DNA of 32,000 nucleotides from Candidatus Saccharimonadota bacterium (GCA_016699265.1 CP064967.1:750001-782000); one strand, 5' to 3'; shown: positions 16,491 through 24,659, numbered from the stretch's first letter. The notes: generated from the sequence alone by a model not told the origin. A program made the numbers and translations.

Positions 16491-18131
16491 ATGCTTAAAT
16501 CTTTGCGAAGTTTCTCTCGACTCTTCTCTCAAATCTTCATTATGGTCGCTGTCTGTGTGGTGATCATAAATATATCGCTTGGAATGATGTTTAAAAACAA
16601 TACCCAAAAAGGTCCACGGGTTGATTTGGTAGCCGAAAATAGAAAACAAATATATAAAGAGATCAATAATCCAGAGTATCAAAAAACGAAGAATGGAAAA
16701 ATAATGGTGGCGATTTATCGTATGGGAATGTGCGGCATTCTTGGTGAAGCATGTACTAACAACCCGGCGGATGGCGAAAAGAACTTTAACCACAGTTTTT
16801 TTGGAGCTATTGCCTCGAGCATGACCTTCCCTTATGCAAATCCTCCGGCATCCGGTGTTGAGTGGGTGCGCTCCGGGCTACAAAATGCTGGCTTTATCCC
16901 AAATTCGTATGCTACAGATGGGATCGGTTTCTCTGCCATCAGACCATTGGCTTCCATTTGGACGATGTTTCGTAACATTGCCTTTACCCTCATTGTTCTC
17001 TTTATCGTAATTGTTGGATTCATGATCATGTTTCGGTTTAAGATCAATCCTCAGACTGTCGTGACACTATCAAATGCTTTGCCACGACTCGTAATTACCC
17101 TCATACTCATTTCCTTCTCATTTGCCATCGGCGGATTCCTCATTGATCTTATGTATATCGTGACCATCATTGGTGTTAAGGTTGTGGGGACGACTCTGCT
17201 CCCAATAGAAACTCAAAAAATGTTTATTGACAGCGTTACTACCGGAGGTACTGGAAGACTCTTCGATCTTGTGTTTTGGAACGGAGACACGTTTCAGTTA
17301 GGTCCTGCTCTCATGTCTATGTTACCGCCCGTAATAAATGCCACGGTTAGACTGATTGCAACTGCGGTTTCCATGTGGTTACTTACTAAATTTCCACCAA
17401 TTGGTAAGTACCTAATTGAAGGTCAGGCTGGATATATTGGGACTGCCGATGGTCTTGCTGGACCGATAATTTCTATCGCATCAGTGTTCATGATTGGAGG
17501 ATTGGCATTTTTATTTGTACCGCTCTTATTGTCCTTATTGATTTTATTATTAACCGGTCTTCTTGTTTTTTTCCGTATCTTATTCATGCTTTTTGCTGCC
17601 TATTTACGTATCGTAATATCGATAATGTTTGCTCCATTAATATTGCTTACAGGAGTTCTCCCCGGAAGAAACGCCTTTTCGAAATGGTTTAAATCTCTCG
17701 TTGCCGACCTCGCGCTCTTTCCGATCACGCTCATAATCATAACCCTATCCTCTGCTATACTCGCTATGAATAATAATTTCCAAAATATCTGGCAACCACC
17801 ATTCCTATACACTGGAGTGAATCAAAACGCCTTTAATGTACTCGTGGCGATCGGCTTGATGTACATGATTCCAGATATAGGGAAACTCATTCGTGAGTTC
17901 TTCGGTATTAAAGGATCTCCTCTTAAGTTCGGCTTTGGTACCTTCTTGATGGGTGGAACCGTTTTGAGTGGTGGCGCTATGGGAGGTCTTGGTAAGTACT
18001 CACAGATTAAGTACACCATGGGTCCACTTCTTGGGAAGATGGATCGGAAGGGACCGTTAGGCTGGATTCCTAAGATGTTCAGCGATGGAGGTGGAAGTGG
18101 TGGCGGACACGTTGCTAACGAACCAGAATAA
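16491..18131 (+). CDS. Large polytopic membrane protein, VirB6/TrbL-like by position and architecture
   Basis: 546 aa. An extracytoplasmic N-domain of about 150 aa is followed by many hydrophobic helices and a Gly-rich C-terminal tail (GGGSGGGH). The assignment is architectural only. Confidence 0.6.
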   Translation: MLKSLRSFSRLFSQIFIMVAVCVVIINISLGMMFKNNTQKGPRVDLVAENRKQIYKEINNPEYQKTKNGKIMVAIYRMGMCGILGEACTNNPADGEKNFNHSFFGAIASSMTFPYANPPASGVEWVRSGLQNAGFIPNSYATDGIGFSAIRPLASIWTMFRNIAFTLIVLFIVIVGFMIMFRFKINPQTVVTLSNALPRLVITLILISFSFAIGGFLIDLMYIVTIIGVKVVGTTLLPIETQKMFIDSVTTGGTGRLFDLVFWNGDTFQLGPALMSMLPPVINATVRLIATAVSMWLLTKFPPIGKYLIEGQAGYIGTADGLAGPIISIASVFMIGGLAFLFVPLLLSLLILLLTGLLVFFRILFMLFAAYLRIVISIMFAPLILLTGVLPGRNAFSKWFKSLVADLALFPITLIIITLSSAILAMNNNFQNIWQPPFLYTGVNQNAFNVLVAIGLMYMIPDIGKLIREFFGIKGSPLKFGFGTFLMGGTVLSGGAMGGLGKYSQIKYTMGPLLGKMDRKGPLGWIPKMFSDGGGSGGGHVANEPE

Positions 18132-18221
18132 AGTCGTTCTTATTCCCATCTTCTTTGTCTTATTGAGTAATCAGATCTCAAGGATAACGCGTTCGTTTGG
18201 ACGGTCTTTGGAATAGATCAG

Positions 18222-19175
18222 TTAGCTTAACCCAGGTATCTGAAGTATTGATACCCCAATCAAGCGTAATATAAATATCGAGAATATAATGAGTAGCAGT
18301 CCCGTAATGCAGGCTCTCAGATTTTCCTGAGCCTTCTTAATTTTCTCAGGATTGCCTTTAGATGTCTGGAGAATAAAGGCGGCATAGATGATACAAAGGA
18401 AGGTTGCTGCTCCTCCCACTCCCATTCCGATTCCGACTATAGATCCCGTAAATCCTGCCACATCAGTCTTGATGCAACCAATGCCCGTCCAGTACCCACC
18501 TCCAGAAGCACAGCTCTTACAGATTTGCATATCCCGTGATCCGGTCATATAGAGGGAACATAGTCTTTTCACACCATTTGCGTCCTCTTTTGCCGGTACA
18601 CACTTGCAGCTTGCGCTTGCGTAATCGGTCGTGGTTGGTTCTCCACCCTCTATACATGGCTGTGGAACTGCGACTGGCCCCATAGATTCAAGCGCCACGA
18701 GCGGACTTCGCTCAAAGGTTTTATCAAGCAGCAACTTGACCCCATCACTCAAACAGATATCAACGCTAGATGAAGGTCCACTCGAATCGCAGAATGGGTC
18801 AAGCGAGCATCCAACATCAATGATTCCGCCTATAGCATCTGTGACAGTACCAAGGCCAGGGAGATCGCTCACGCAAAAAAATTTATCGACCTGGCTAGAG
18901 GGCTTCTTGAGCATCTCGCCAGTACTGATATTTGTATTGCAGCATCTCGTTCCACTCGATCTATTGAGACCTTCGGGAAGTCCACAGGTAATCCCAATGG
19001 CATTACCGTCAAACTGTGCACTGAGACTGCTTACGGTATCTGTTGGAAACTGGGGTAGGGATGGGACAGGAGCTGTTGTTTGAGCAAAACTAAATCCCGC
19101 AGTAAATGAAAGACAAATAAAGAACAAAATCATTAAAAAGAGGCTTCTGAGTTTTATTCGTGACATCGTATTCAT
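18222..19175 (-). CDS. Secreted Cys-rich protein with C-terminal TrbC/VirB2-like T4SS-pilin domain
   Basis: Signal peptide, about 200 aa with more than a dozen Cys, then two helices joined by SKGNPEKIKKAQENL, the same loop signature as the 12348-12686 product. Confidence 0.65.
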   Translation of the reverse strand: MNTMSRIKLRSLFLMILFFICLSFTAGFSFAQTTAPVPSLPQFPTDTVSSLSAQFDGNAIGITCGLPEGLNRSSGTRCCNTNISTGEMLKKPSSQVDKFFCVSDLPGLGTVTDAIGGIIDVGCSLDPFCDSSGPSSSVDICLSDGVKLLLDKTFERSPLVALESMGPVAVPQPCIEGGEPTTTDYASASCKCVPAKEDANGVKRLCSLYMTGSRDMQICKSCASGGGYWTGIGCIKTDVAGFTGSIVGIGMGVGGAATFLCIIYAAFILQTSKGNPEKIKKAQENLRACITGLLLIIFSIFILRLIGVSILQIPGLS

Positions 19176-19192
19176 TATATAGGTATCTTTGA

Positions 19193-19807
19193 TTATTTTT
19201 TATCGGATTGCTCCTTTAATGCCGCTTTCATGAGGGTATATATCATTGCTATCAACATGAGAGGAGCGTATTTGGAAAGGAGCTCCTTCGAAATGTCCAT
19301 CTTCGTTGCTCCCAGTTTTTGACGCAGCGACTTACCACTCTCAAATTCTTCTTCATGGTGTTTAATTTTATGCCATTTCACACCCAGGAATTTTTTCTCC
19401 TCGATGTCCGGCACGGTAGATCCTTGATATGATAAATCATAGGCGCCCATCTTTGCAACGATTCGTTCTCGCTCTAAAACAGTGACGAAGTTGGCAACAT
19501 CTGCAACCTCCCATTCCCAAACTCCTAAATGGGTTCCAGCAAACTCAGCTGCAAGTGAGTTTGCGCGATCAATCGTCCCCAATTTTGTTCTCCAGTTTCT
19601 CGCCACATCATCTTTTTTAAAGTAGGCGACCGTTAGGGTCGACATATACTGAGCAATGCGTCCTGCCAACTCGTGACCATGTACCGACTCGATGGTATCT
19701 TTCATCTCTTTAATATGCTTGACTAACGGACTGAAGTCGTGATTTGGATCGATAGACACATGGTGTAGCGATCCCATAAATGCCTTCAGATTATGCGTCA
19801 CCTTCAT
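19193..19807 (-). CDS. Hypothetical tail-anchored protein
   Basis: 204-aa ORF with one C-terminal hydrophobic helix (YAPLMLIAMIYTLMKAAL). 52 further stop-free codons lie upstream (19808-19963) without any ATG/GTG/TTG. Confidence 0.5.
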   Translation of the reverse strand: MKVTHNLKAFMGSLHHVSIDPNHDFSPLVKHIKEMKDTIESVHGHELAGRIAQYMSTLTVAYFKKDDVARNWRTKLGTIDRANSLAAEFAGTHLGVWEWEVADVANFVTVLERERIVAKMGAYDLSYQGSTVPDIEEKKFLGVKWHKIKHHEEEFESGKSLRQKLGATKMDISKELLSKYAPLMLIAMIYTLMKAALKEQSDKK

Positions 19808-19979
19808 CTCGATCTGAGTTGTGTCGCTGAGTGCGCGCGCATGTACGCGTGAACCTGCATTTCTTAGCGCAATAAATGACGTATCTAACTCTTCGGCACC
19901 TAATGCAAATGGATACCCTTTGGGGCTAGTTAAGGTCGCAGCTACTATGTCAAGGTATTTCTCCTAGCCATAACGGAGT

Positions 19980-20177
19980 TTATCGATCTGAGAAGTGAAA
20001 CGGCCTCTCTTGTTGTTGTGTATCCGCTATGTGTCTGCGAATGGATTCCTCGGTGACCACATATGGTTTCGAAGGAGCAAAGCTGCTTAGATCTTTATCC
20101 TCATCTTTCTGTGAAGCTAAATGCTCCCTCATCTCTTTACTAATATCGTTTCTAACCGCAAACCTCAACATAGGCAA
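19980..20177 (-). CDS. Small acidic hypothetical protein (possibly a gene fragment)
   Basis: 65-codon ORF (TTG 20177, internal ATG 20171) wedged between the 801-aa gene and the 204-aa gene. Confidence 0.3.
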   Translation of the reverse strand: MPMLRFAVRNDISKEMREHLASQKDEDKDLSSFAPSKPYVVTEESIRRHIADTQQQERPFHFSDR

Positions 20178-20194
20178 GATCCTTCATCGCCTCA

Positions 20195-22600
20195 TCAAAT
20201 TTGATGGCGGAAATATCTCCCCATCTCCTCTCGAACAATCTTCCAAAGACTCTTACCGTTTTTCGATACTCGATCACGTTCAAGTCTGACAAACTTTGTT
20301 GGCATTCTTTGAAAAAGCATCCTCGAGTACACACGGTTCATAAACAACTTCTCCTGATCCTTTTCAGGAAGGTCTTTTATATAGTCCCATACGCTACCAT
20401 GAACTTCTCCAGATAAATATTTGTTGGCAAGATAGGTAAATATCTGCTCTTTTGTCTCTCTTGGAATGCCTTTGTCCGCTGGATTAATTGTTTTAACTGC
20501 CTCATACCCTATATTCTCGAGAGCCTTAAACTTATCAAATATTCCCAGTTCATGACCTTGGGCATCATAAAGCCATCCTTCCGTGGCATTGGTCATGCGC
20601 CAACCACCTCGTGTGATAAACGAACCTCCTTTTGCGTAGTTGGGAAGAATGTCTACAAAGAGCTGACCAAGCGTTTTATCCTTCGGATCGCTACCAAAAA
20701 CAACTTTGCCATTCTGAAACGAGTCTCGATACTGCGTCATCTTTTTCCATAGCTCAGTATGATCCCACTTACGTAGAAGCTTTTTATTTACTGCGTCGAT
20801 TGGCATATAGATAAGTGGCCCCATCGTAAGGCTCTCTGCCTGCCATCTCAAAAAGAAATGAAGAGGATTGAGTGTCTCCGTTGCTGCGTTATCATTTGTG
20901 AAGTAACTTGTGAATTTAGGAGCTCCATTTTCGACATTGATATGAGGATCGGCAAATGCAGCTATCTCTGCCTCCGATAAGAAGATGCCTCGTGCAAGGC
21001 CTACTCCCATTGCTAAAGCCCTCTGGAGTCTCCAATTATCGGACTCCGAACTCAGCTCTGGATACATCCTTTTAAGATCCTCAAATACTCGCTGCTGAAG
21101 CTTCGACTTATTCTCAAAAAGATCACTACTAAACATATTGGGCTGATGAATCCAATCAACCTTTGCAAACTCCTCTTCAAGATACTTTACATACATTCTA
21201 TAGGCGCTGATCGACTTTTCACTATCTGGTAGCAACATCATCGCATCAATATCTTCCGATTTAATACTCTCGGAATACCCAGCAACCTGGCTCCAGAATC
21301 CATCTTTACCAGCGGGTCGCAAGAAAAGGGACTGAACGTTATGAAGATATCTTCGGATACTGTTTTCATGGACTATCTCAGATGCTATTCCGGTTAAGAA
21401 ATCTGCAAGCGAAACCGACTCCACGCCTGCAACTGGCGTAATCTTATACTGAAGTTGTAACTTTGTTTCGTTTGATGATGGATCTCCAATCGGCAGTTCT
21501 TTCTCTCGAAGACTTTCGATGGAATAACGCTTATAAAGCTGCAGGCCTTGAAGACTTTCGGGAAGTTCGGTCGCCTGTTTCACGTTTTTTGACATAAGCT
21601 CAAGCGCGCCCTTAAACTGAGCCTCAACGGCACGAATGGAACTATATAAACTTCCTTCCTGCTCAATTTCTTCAAATGTTTTGTCCGGTCTTTGTTGATC
21701 GACACGTGAGAACATCTTGCCATAGGTGAGAACTATTTTTTCCTCAAACTCGGTGGAAACCAATTTGTCGAAATCAACCTGAGCAAGTCCACGATTCGCC
21801 GGTCTACTAGCTACATCGCTACGAATATTCTCAACCAATTTCCCAAGTCTTTCTATTGAGTACAGTGACTCCAAAACGGGTCTGTCTTCGAGTGTAAAAA
21901 AATTACTATAGTAAAGATCCCACTCGTTATCGAATCTGTTAAGCTCCGCGCTTCGCTCACCCCCATGTTGATCCTGAGGAACCATTGATGCTGAACCGAA
22001 CATTTCTCTGGCTTGATCGCCGCTCACCGCAAGCTTACCTTCATCTGCAGCCTTCACTATCGCATCCGACACATCTTTGACGATCTCCTCGCCAAACATA
22101 CCCCACTCTTGCCTCAAAGTCTCGTACTGTGACTGAAGATCATCAATCGACTGAGCTCCTTCAAGGAGACCCGAAACGATAGGCTGTAAAAAGGCCGCAT
22201 TCGTACCATTGAGCTGGGTACCAACCTTATGATACAGACTCAAAAGAACAGCCTTATTCGCCTCTGAAGGAACTTCAACGATGCCCATCTCCACGCCTTT
22301 TAACGCTCGAACTAGGTCTTTCTTTAGCTGTTCACGATCAGTAGGGCTCGCATCCGGTCCTCCGCGACTTTTATAAAGAGTTGCTTTTCTTTGTTCCTCA
22401 GCACTTGCCTTTTTATCTTTAACTGAATCCTTGATGCTTGCCGCTATGCGTCTCGTTTCCAAAGCATTATCGGCGACAGCGCGTACTTCCTGCTCCAACT
22501 GCTCCTGAATCTGTCTTGCAGACTCCTGTTGGTTCGCCTGATTGGTCGACTGACCTGGTTGTCGAACCTCTGGTTGTTGTACCTCGCGATTGTCTGGCAT
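20195..22600 (-). CDS. Large soluble orphan protein (801 aa), no recognisable domain
   Basis: Long uninterrupted ORF with a Gln/Glu-rich, disordered-looking N-terminus. It has no TM helix, no Walker A and no HExxH or HUH motif. Confidence 0.75.
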   Translation of the reverse strand: MPDNREVQQPEVRQPGQSTNQANQQESARQIQEQLEQEVRAVADNALETRRIAASIKDSVKDKKASAEEQRKATLYKSRGGPDASPTDREQLKKDLVRALKGVEMGIVEVPSEANKAVLLSLYHKVGTQLNGTNAAFLQPIVSGLLEGAQSIDDLQSQYETLRQEWGMFGEEIVKDVSDAIVKAADEGKLAVSGDQAREMFGSASMVPQDQHGGERSAELNRFDNEWDLYYSNFFTLEDRPVLESLYSIERLGKLVENIRSDVASRPANRGLAQVDFDKLVSTEFEEKIVLTYGKMFSRVDQQRPDKTFEEIEQEGSLYSSIRAVEAQFKGALELMSKNVKQATELPESLQGLQLYKRYSIESLREKELPIGDPSSNETKLQLQYKITPVAGVESVSLADFLTGIASEIVHENSIRRYLHNVQSLFLRPAGKDGFWSQVAGYSESIKSEDIDAMMLLPDSEKSISAYRMYVKYLEEEFAKVDWIHQPNMFSSDLFENKSKLQQRVFEDLKRMYPELSSESDNWRLQRALAMGVGLARGIFLSEAEIAAFADPHINVENGAPKFTSYFTNDNAATETLNPLHFFLRWQAESLTMGPLIYMPIDAVNKKLLRKWDHTELWKKMTQYRDSFQNGKVVFGSDPKDKTLGQLFVDILPNYAKGGSFITRGGWRMTNATEGWLYDAQGHELGIFDKFKALENIGYEAVKTINPADKGIPRETKEQIFTYLANKYLSGEVHGSVWDYIKDLPEKDQEKLFMNRVYSRMLFQRMPTKFVRLERDRVSKNGKSLWKIVREEMGRYFRHQI

Positions 22601-22811
22601 ATTTTGATTATAACAGCTATGAAAAATGGAATTTTTCGAAAGACGAAAGTGGCGTTTGAAGGCTCAAAATCTATGCTATACTATTAGCTTGGTGGCAATA
22701 ACTCACTTTAGCACCTCCCCGCAATCTAAACTCCACAGTTTGTAGCATATAATCCATTGACAACCTTTTTGAAGCTTGTAGCATAGAGCGTAGAGCTTAA
22801 AACTCATAACA

Positions 22812-23165
22812 ATGCTTAGCCAGACATCTTTCCATAGCGATCTAAAGGAATACATGGACAAATTCATCCATTCCATTTATGACCGCACGGCAACGTTTCC
22901 AAAAGAAGAGCAGTTTGGCGCTACTTCACAACTTAGAAGGGCCGCTCTTTCGGTTGTACTTAATTATATCGAGGGATATGCGAGGCAACGTAAAGCTGTT
23001 TTTAAAAACTTTATAGAGATATCCTATGGATCTCTGAAAGAAACAAAGTATCTACTTTACTTTTCTTTCAAGAGGGGCTGGATAAAAGAAAAACAGTGGA
23101 TGGAGTTAAATCAATCTGCTGAGACTATTGGGAAGATGCTATGGGGAATTCTTAGAAAGCTCTAA
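22812..23165 (+). CDS. Four-helix-bundle protein (23S rRNA intervening-sequence protein / Avd-like family)
   Basis: FPKEEQFGATSQLRRAALSVVLNYIEGYARQ...ISYGSLKETKYLLYFS matches the family pattern. Confidence 0.85.
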   Translation: MLSQTSFHSDLKEYMDKFIHSIYDRTATFPKEEQFGATSQLRRAALSVVLNYIEGYARQRKAVFKNFIEISYGSLKETKYLLYFSFKRGWIKEKQWMELNQSAETIGKMLWGILRKL

Positions 23166-23189
23166 GTTCTACGTTTCAAGTTCTAAAGA

Positions 23190-23672
23190 TTAGCTCTTAG
23201 ATTCTTCAGCAGGGACGTTTTCTTTCATATCAACGACAAGTCGTCGATCTCTACCTTCACCTGTTGAGTATGAAGCAAGTTCTGGATATTTATTAGTTAT
23301 ATATTCATGAATAACTTTTCTTTCATATGCTGAGAGTCCTCGAATATAAGATGCGGCTTTAAATTCAAGAGCTTTTTGAGCCGATCTATCTGCGATCTCT
23401 GCGAGACGCTCGGTCTGCTTCTCACGATAGTCATTTACATTGACCAATAACTCTACTGACTCGCCAACCTTTTTATACATCACGACCTCAAGAATTTTTT
23501 GAATCGCTTTGATCGTCTCTCCGTGTCGACCAATAACAACGGGTGCTTCGGTCTCAGTTTTTATCAGGATATGAAATAGTCCATGATCTTCGGTTACCTC
23601 GATATCAACATTATCAAGAATTTTTGAAAGGAGATCTTTAGCTTCTGTTTCGACGATCTGTAGTTTGTCCAT
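23190..23672 (-). CDS. jag: Jag/KhpB-type RNA-binding protein (KH + R3H domains)
   Basis: VIGRHGETIKAIQ (KH GxxG loop) and LSAYERKVIHEYI (R3H). It lies immediately downstream of yidC, as in most bacteria. Confidence 0.85.
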   Translation of the reverse strand: MDKLQIVETEAKDLLSKILDNVDIEVTEDHGLFHILIKTETEAPVVIGRHGETIKAIQKILEVVMYKKVGESVELLVNVNDYREKQTERLAEIADRSAQKALEFKAASYIRGLSAYERKVIHEYITNKYPELASYSTGEGRDRRLVVDMKENVPAEESKS

Positions 23673-23692
23673 ATATTTAATTTGAATTTTGT

Positions 23693-23747
23693 AATTTGAA
23701 ATTTGAATTCAATTTGAAATGTTTAAATATTGACTAAAAATTAAAAA
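23693..23747. repeat. Left arm of the inverted repeat bracketing yidC
   Basis: AATTTGAAATTTGAATT (23693-23709) and ACTAAAAATTAAAAA (23733-23747). Their reverse complements occur at 24606-24625 and 24584-24598. Confidence 0.85.
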
Positions 23748-23761
23748 TTTCAAACTAAAAA

Positions 23762-24568
23762 TTATTTATTTACTCGTCGGTACTGCAGTATACTAAACAA
23801 CGAGAAAATATTCCAGTATAGAGAGAGACCAACTGGCAGGGTAAATGCAAAATATCCGATCATAAACGGAAATATATATTTCATCTGAGTATTCATTGCC
23901 TTCTGGAAATCTCCTTGAGTATCGGGTTTCTTATCCTTATCATCTTTCTTTGCTAAAGCTTTTTTATTCTCGACCTTCTGAGCGGGCTGTGCAGTTGTTG
24001 CTACAGCCTGGAAGTACTGGAGAACTCCCGTGAGAACGGGGATGAGGTAATAAAACCATATGCCAGCTTTCTGAGGAGAGAGTGCTAGATTAAATCCTAA
24101 AAATTGAGGATCGATCACCTGAGATATTGCAATTGCCTTCGTGTATAAAACGCCGTTAATTTGCGAAACCGTCTTAGCCCCCACACCATGCTGTAAAAAT
24201 ACATTTAGCGTGCTGTAAAGACCGATGAAGATCGGCATCTGAATAATGAGGAATAAACAACCCGATGCTGGATTGAGTCCATGCTCCTTGTACAGAAGTA
24301 GCTGTTCCTGTTGTAGTCTTTTTGGATCTTTCTTGTGCTGAGCCTGCAATCTATCAAGGTGAGGTTTAATTTCAGTCATCTTGCGAGCGGTATGAATCTG
24401 CTGTTTGAAAAAAGGATGGAGTAAGAATCTAATTCCGACAGTAAGAGCAACTATCGCAAGTCCAAACGCTCCTGGAAGTCCGAGAGCGTGTAGTCCGGCA
24501 TAAATAGCGACAAGAATATTGAGGATGGGAATTACGAAGATATCGTTAAAGAAGTTGTGGGTAATCAC
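23762..24568 (-). CDS. yidC: Membrane protein insertase YidC (short form)
   Basis: GTG start. ...QQEQLLLYKEHGLNPASGCLFLIIQMPIFIGLY...MKYIFPFMIGYFAFTLPVGLSLYWNIFSLFSILQ are typical YidC/Oxa1 blocks. Confidence 0.9.
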   Translation of the reverse strand: MITHNFFNDIFVIPILNILVAIYAGLHALGLPGAFGLAIVALTVGIRFLLHPFFKQQIHTARKMTEIKPHLDRLQAQHKKDPKRLQQEQLLLYKEHGLNPASGCLFLIIQMPIFIGLYSTLNVFLQHGVGAKTVSQINGVLYTKAIAISQVIDPQFLGFNLALSPQKAGIWFYYLIPVLTGVLQYFQAVATTAQPAQKVENKKALAKKDDKDKKPDTQGDFQKAMNTQMKYIFPFMIGYFAFTLPVGLSLYWNIFSLFSILQYRRVNK

Positions 24569-24583
24569 GTATTTATTTTTTAG

Positions 24584-24625
24584 TTTTTAATTTTTAGTTC
24601 TTATTAAATTCAAAATTTCAAATTT
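24584..24625. repeat. Right arm of the inverted repeat bracketing yidC
   Basis: TTTTTAATTTTTAGT (24584-24598) is the exact reverse complement of 23733-23747. AAATTCAAAATTTCAAATTT (24606-24625) matches the reverse complement of 23693-23709 with one extra T. Confidence 0.85.
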
Positions 24626-24659
24626 AATAAAAAATAAGACCTGCCTGCCGGCAGGCAGG
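24626..24659 (-). terminator. Intrinsic terminator downstream of rpmH
   Basis: Perfect 20-nt palindrome CCTGCCTGCCGGCAGGCAGG (24640-24659), followed on the minus strand by TCTTATTTTTTATTA. Confidence 0.85.

Noticed and set aside
16236-16793. 185-aa minus-strand ORF
   Set aside because: It is antisense to the 3' end of the M15 hydrolase gene and the 5' end of the polytopic gene, both of which have clear domain or TM signals. Its product is compositionally odd. I treat it as spurious.
20195-22600. 801-aa protein as the missing VirB4/VirD4 ATPase or a relaxase
   Set aside because: I found no GxxxxGK[ST] Walker A, no Walker B context and no HxDxxxPHxH/HUH-type motif in the translation. The protein remains an orphan.
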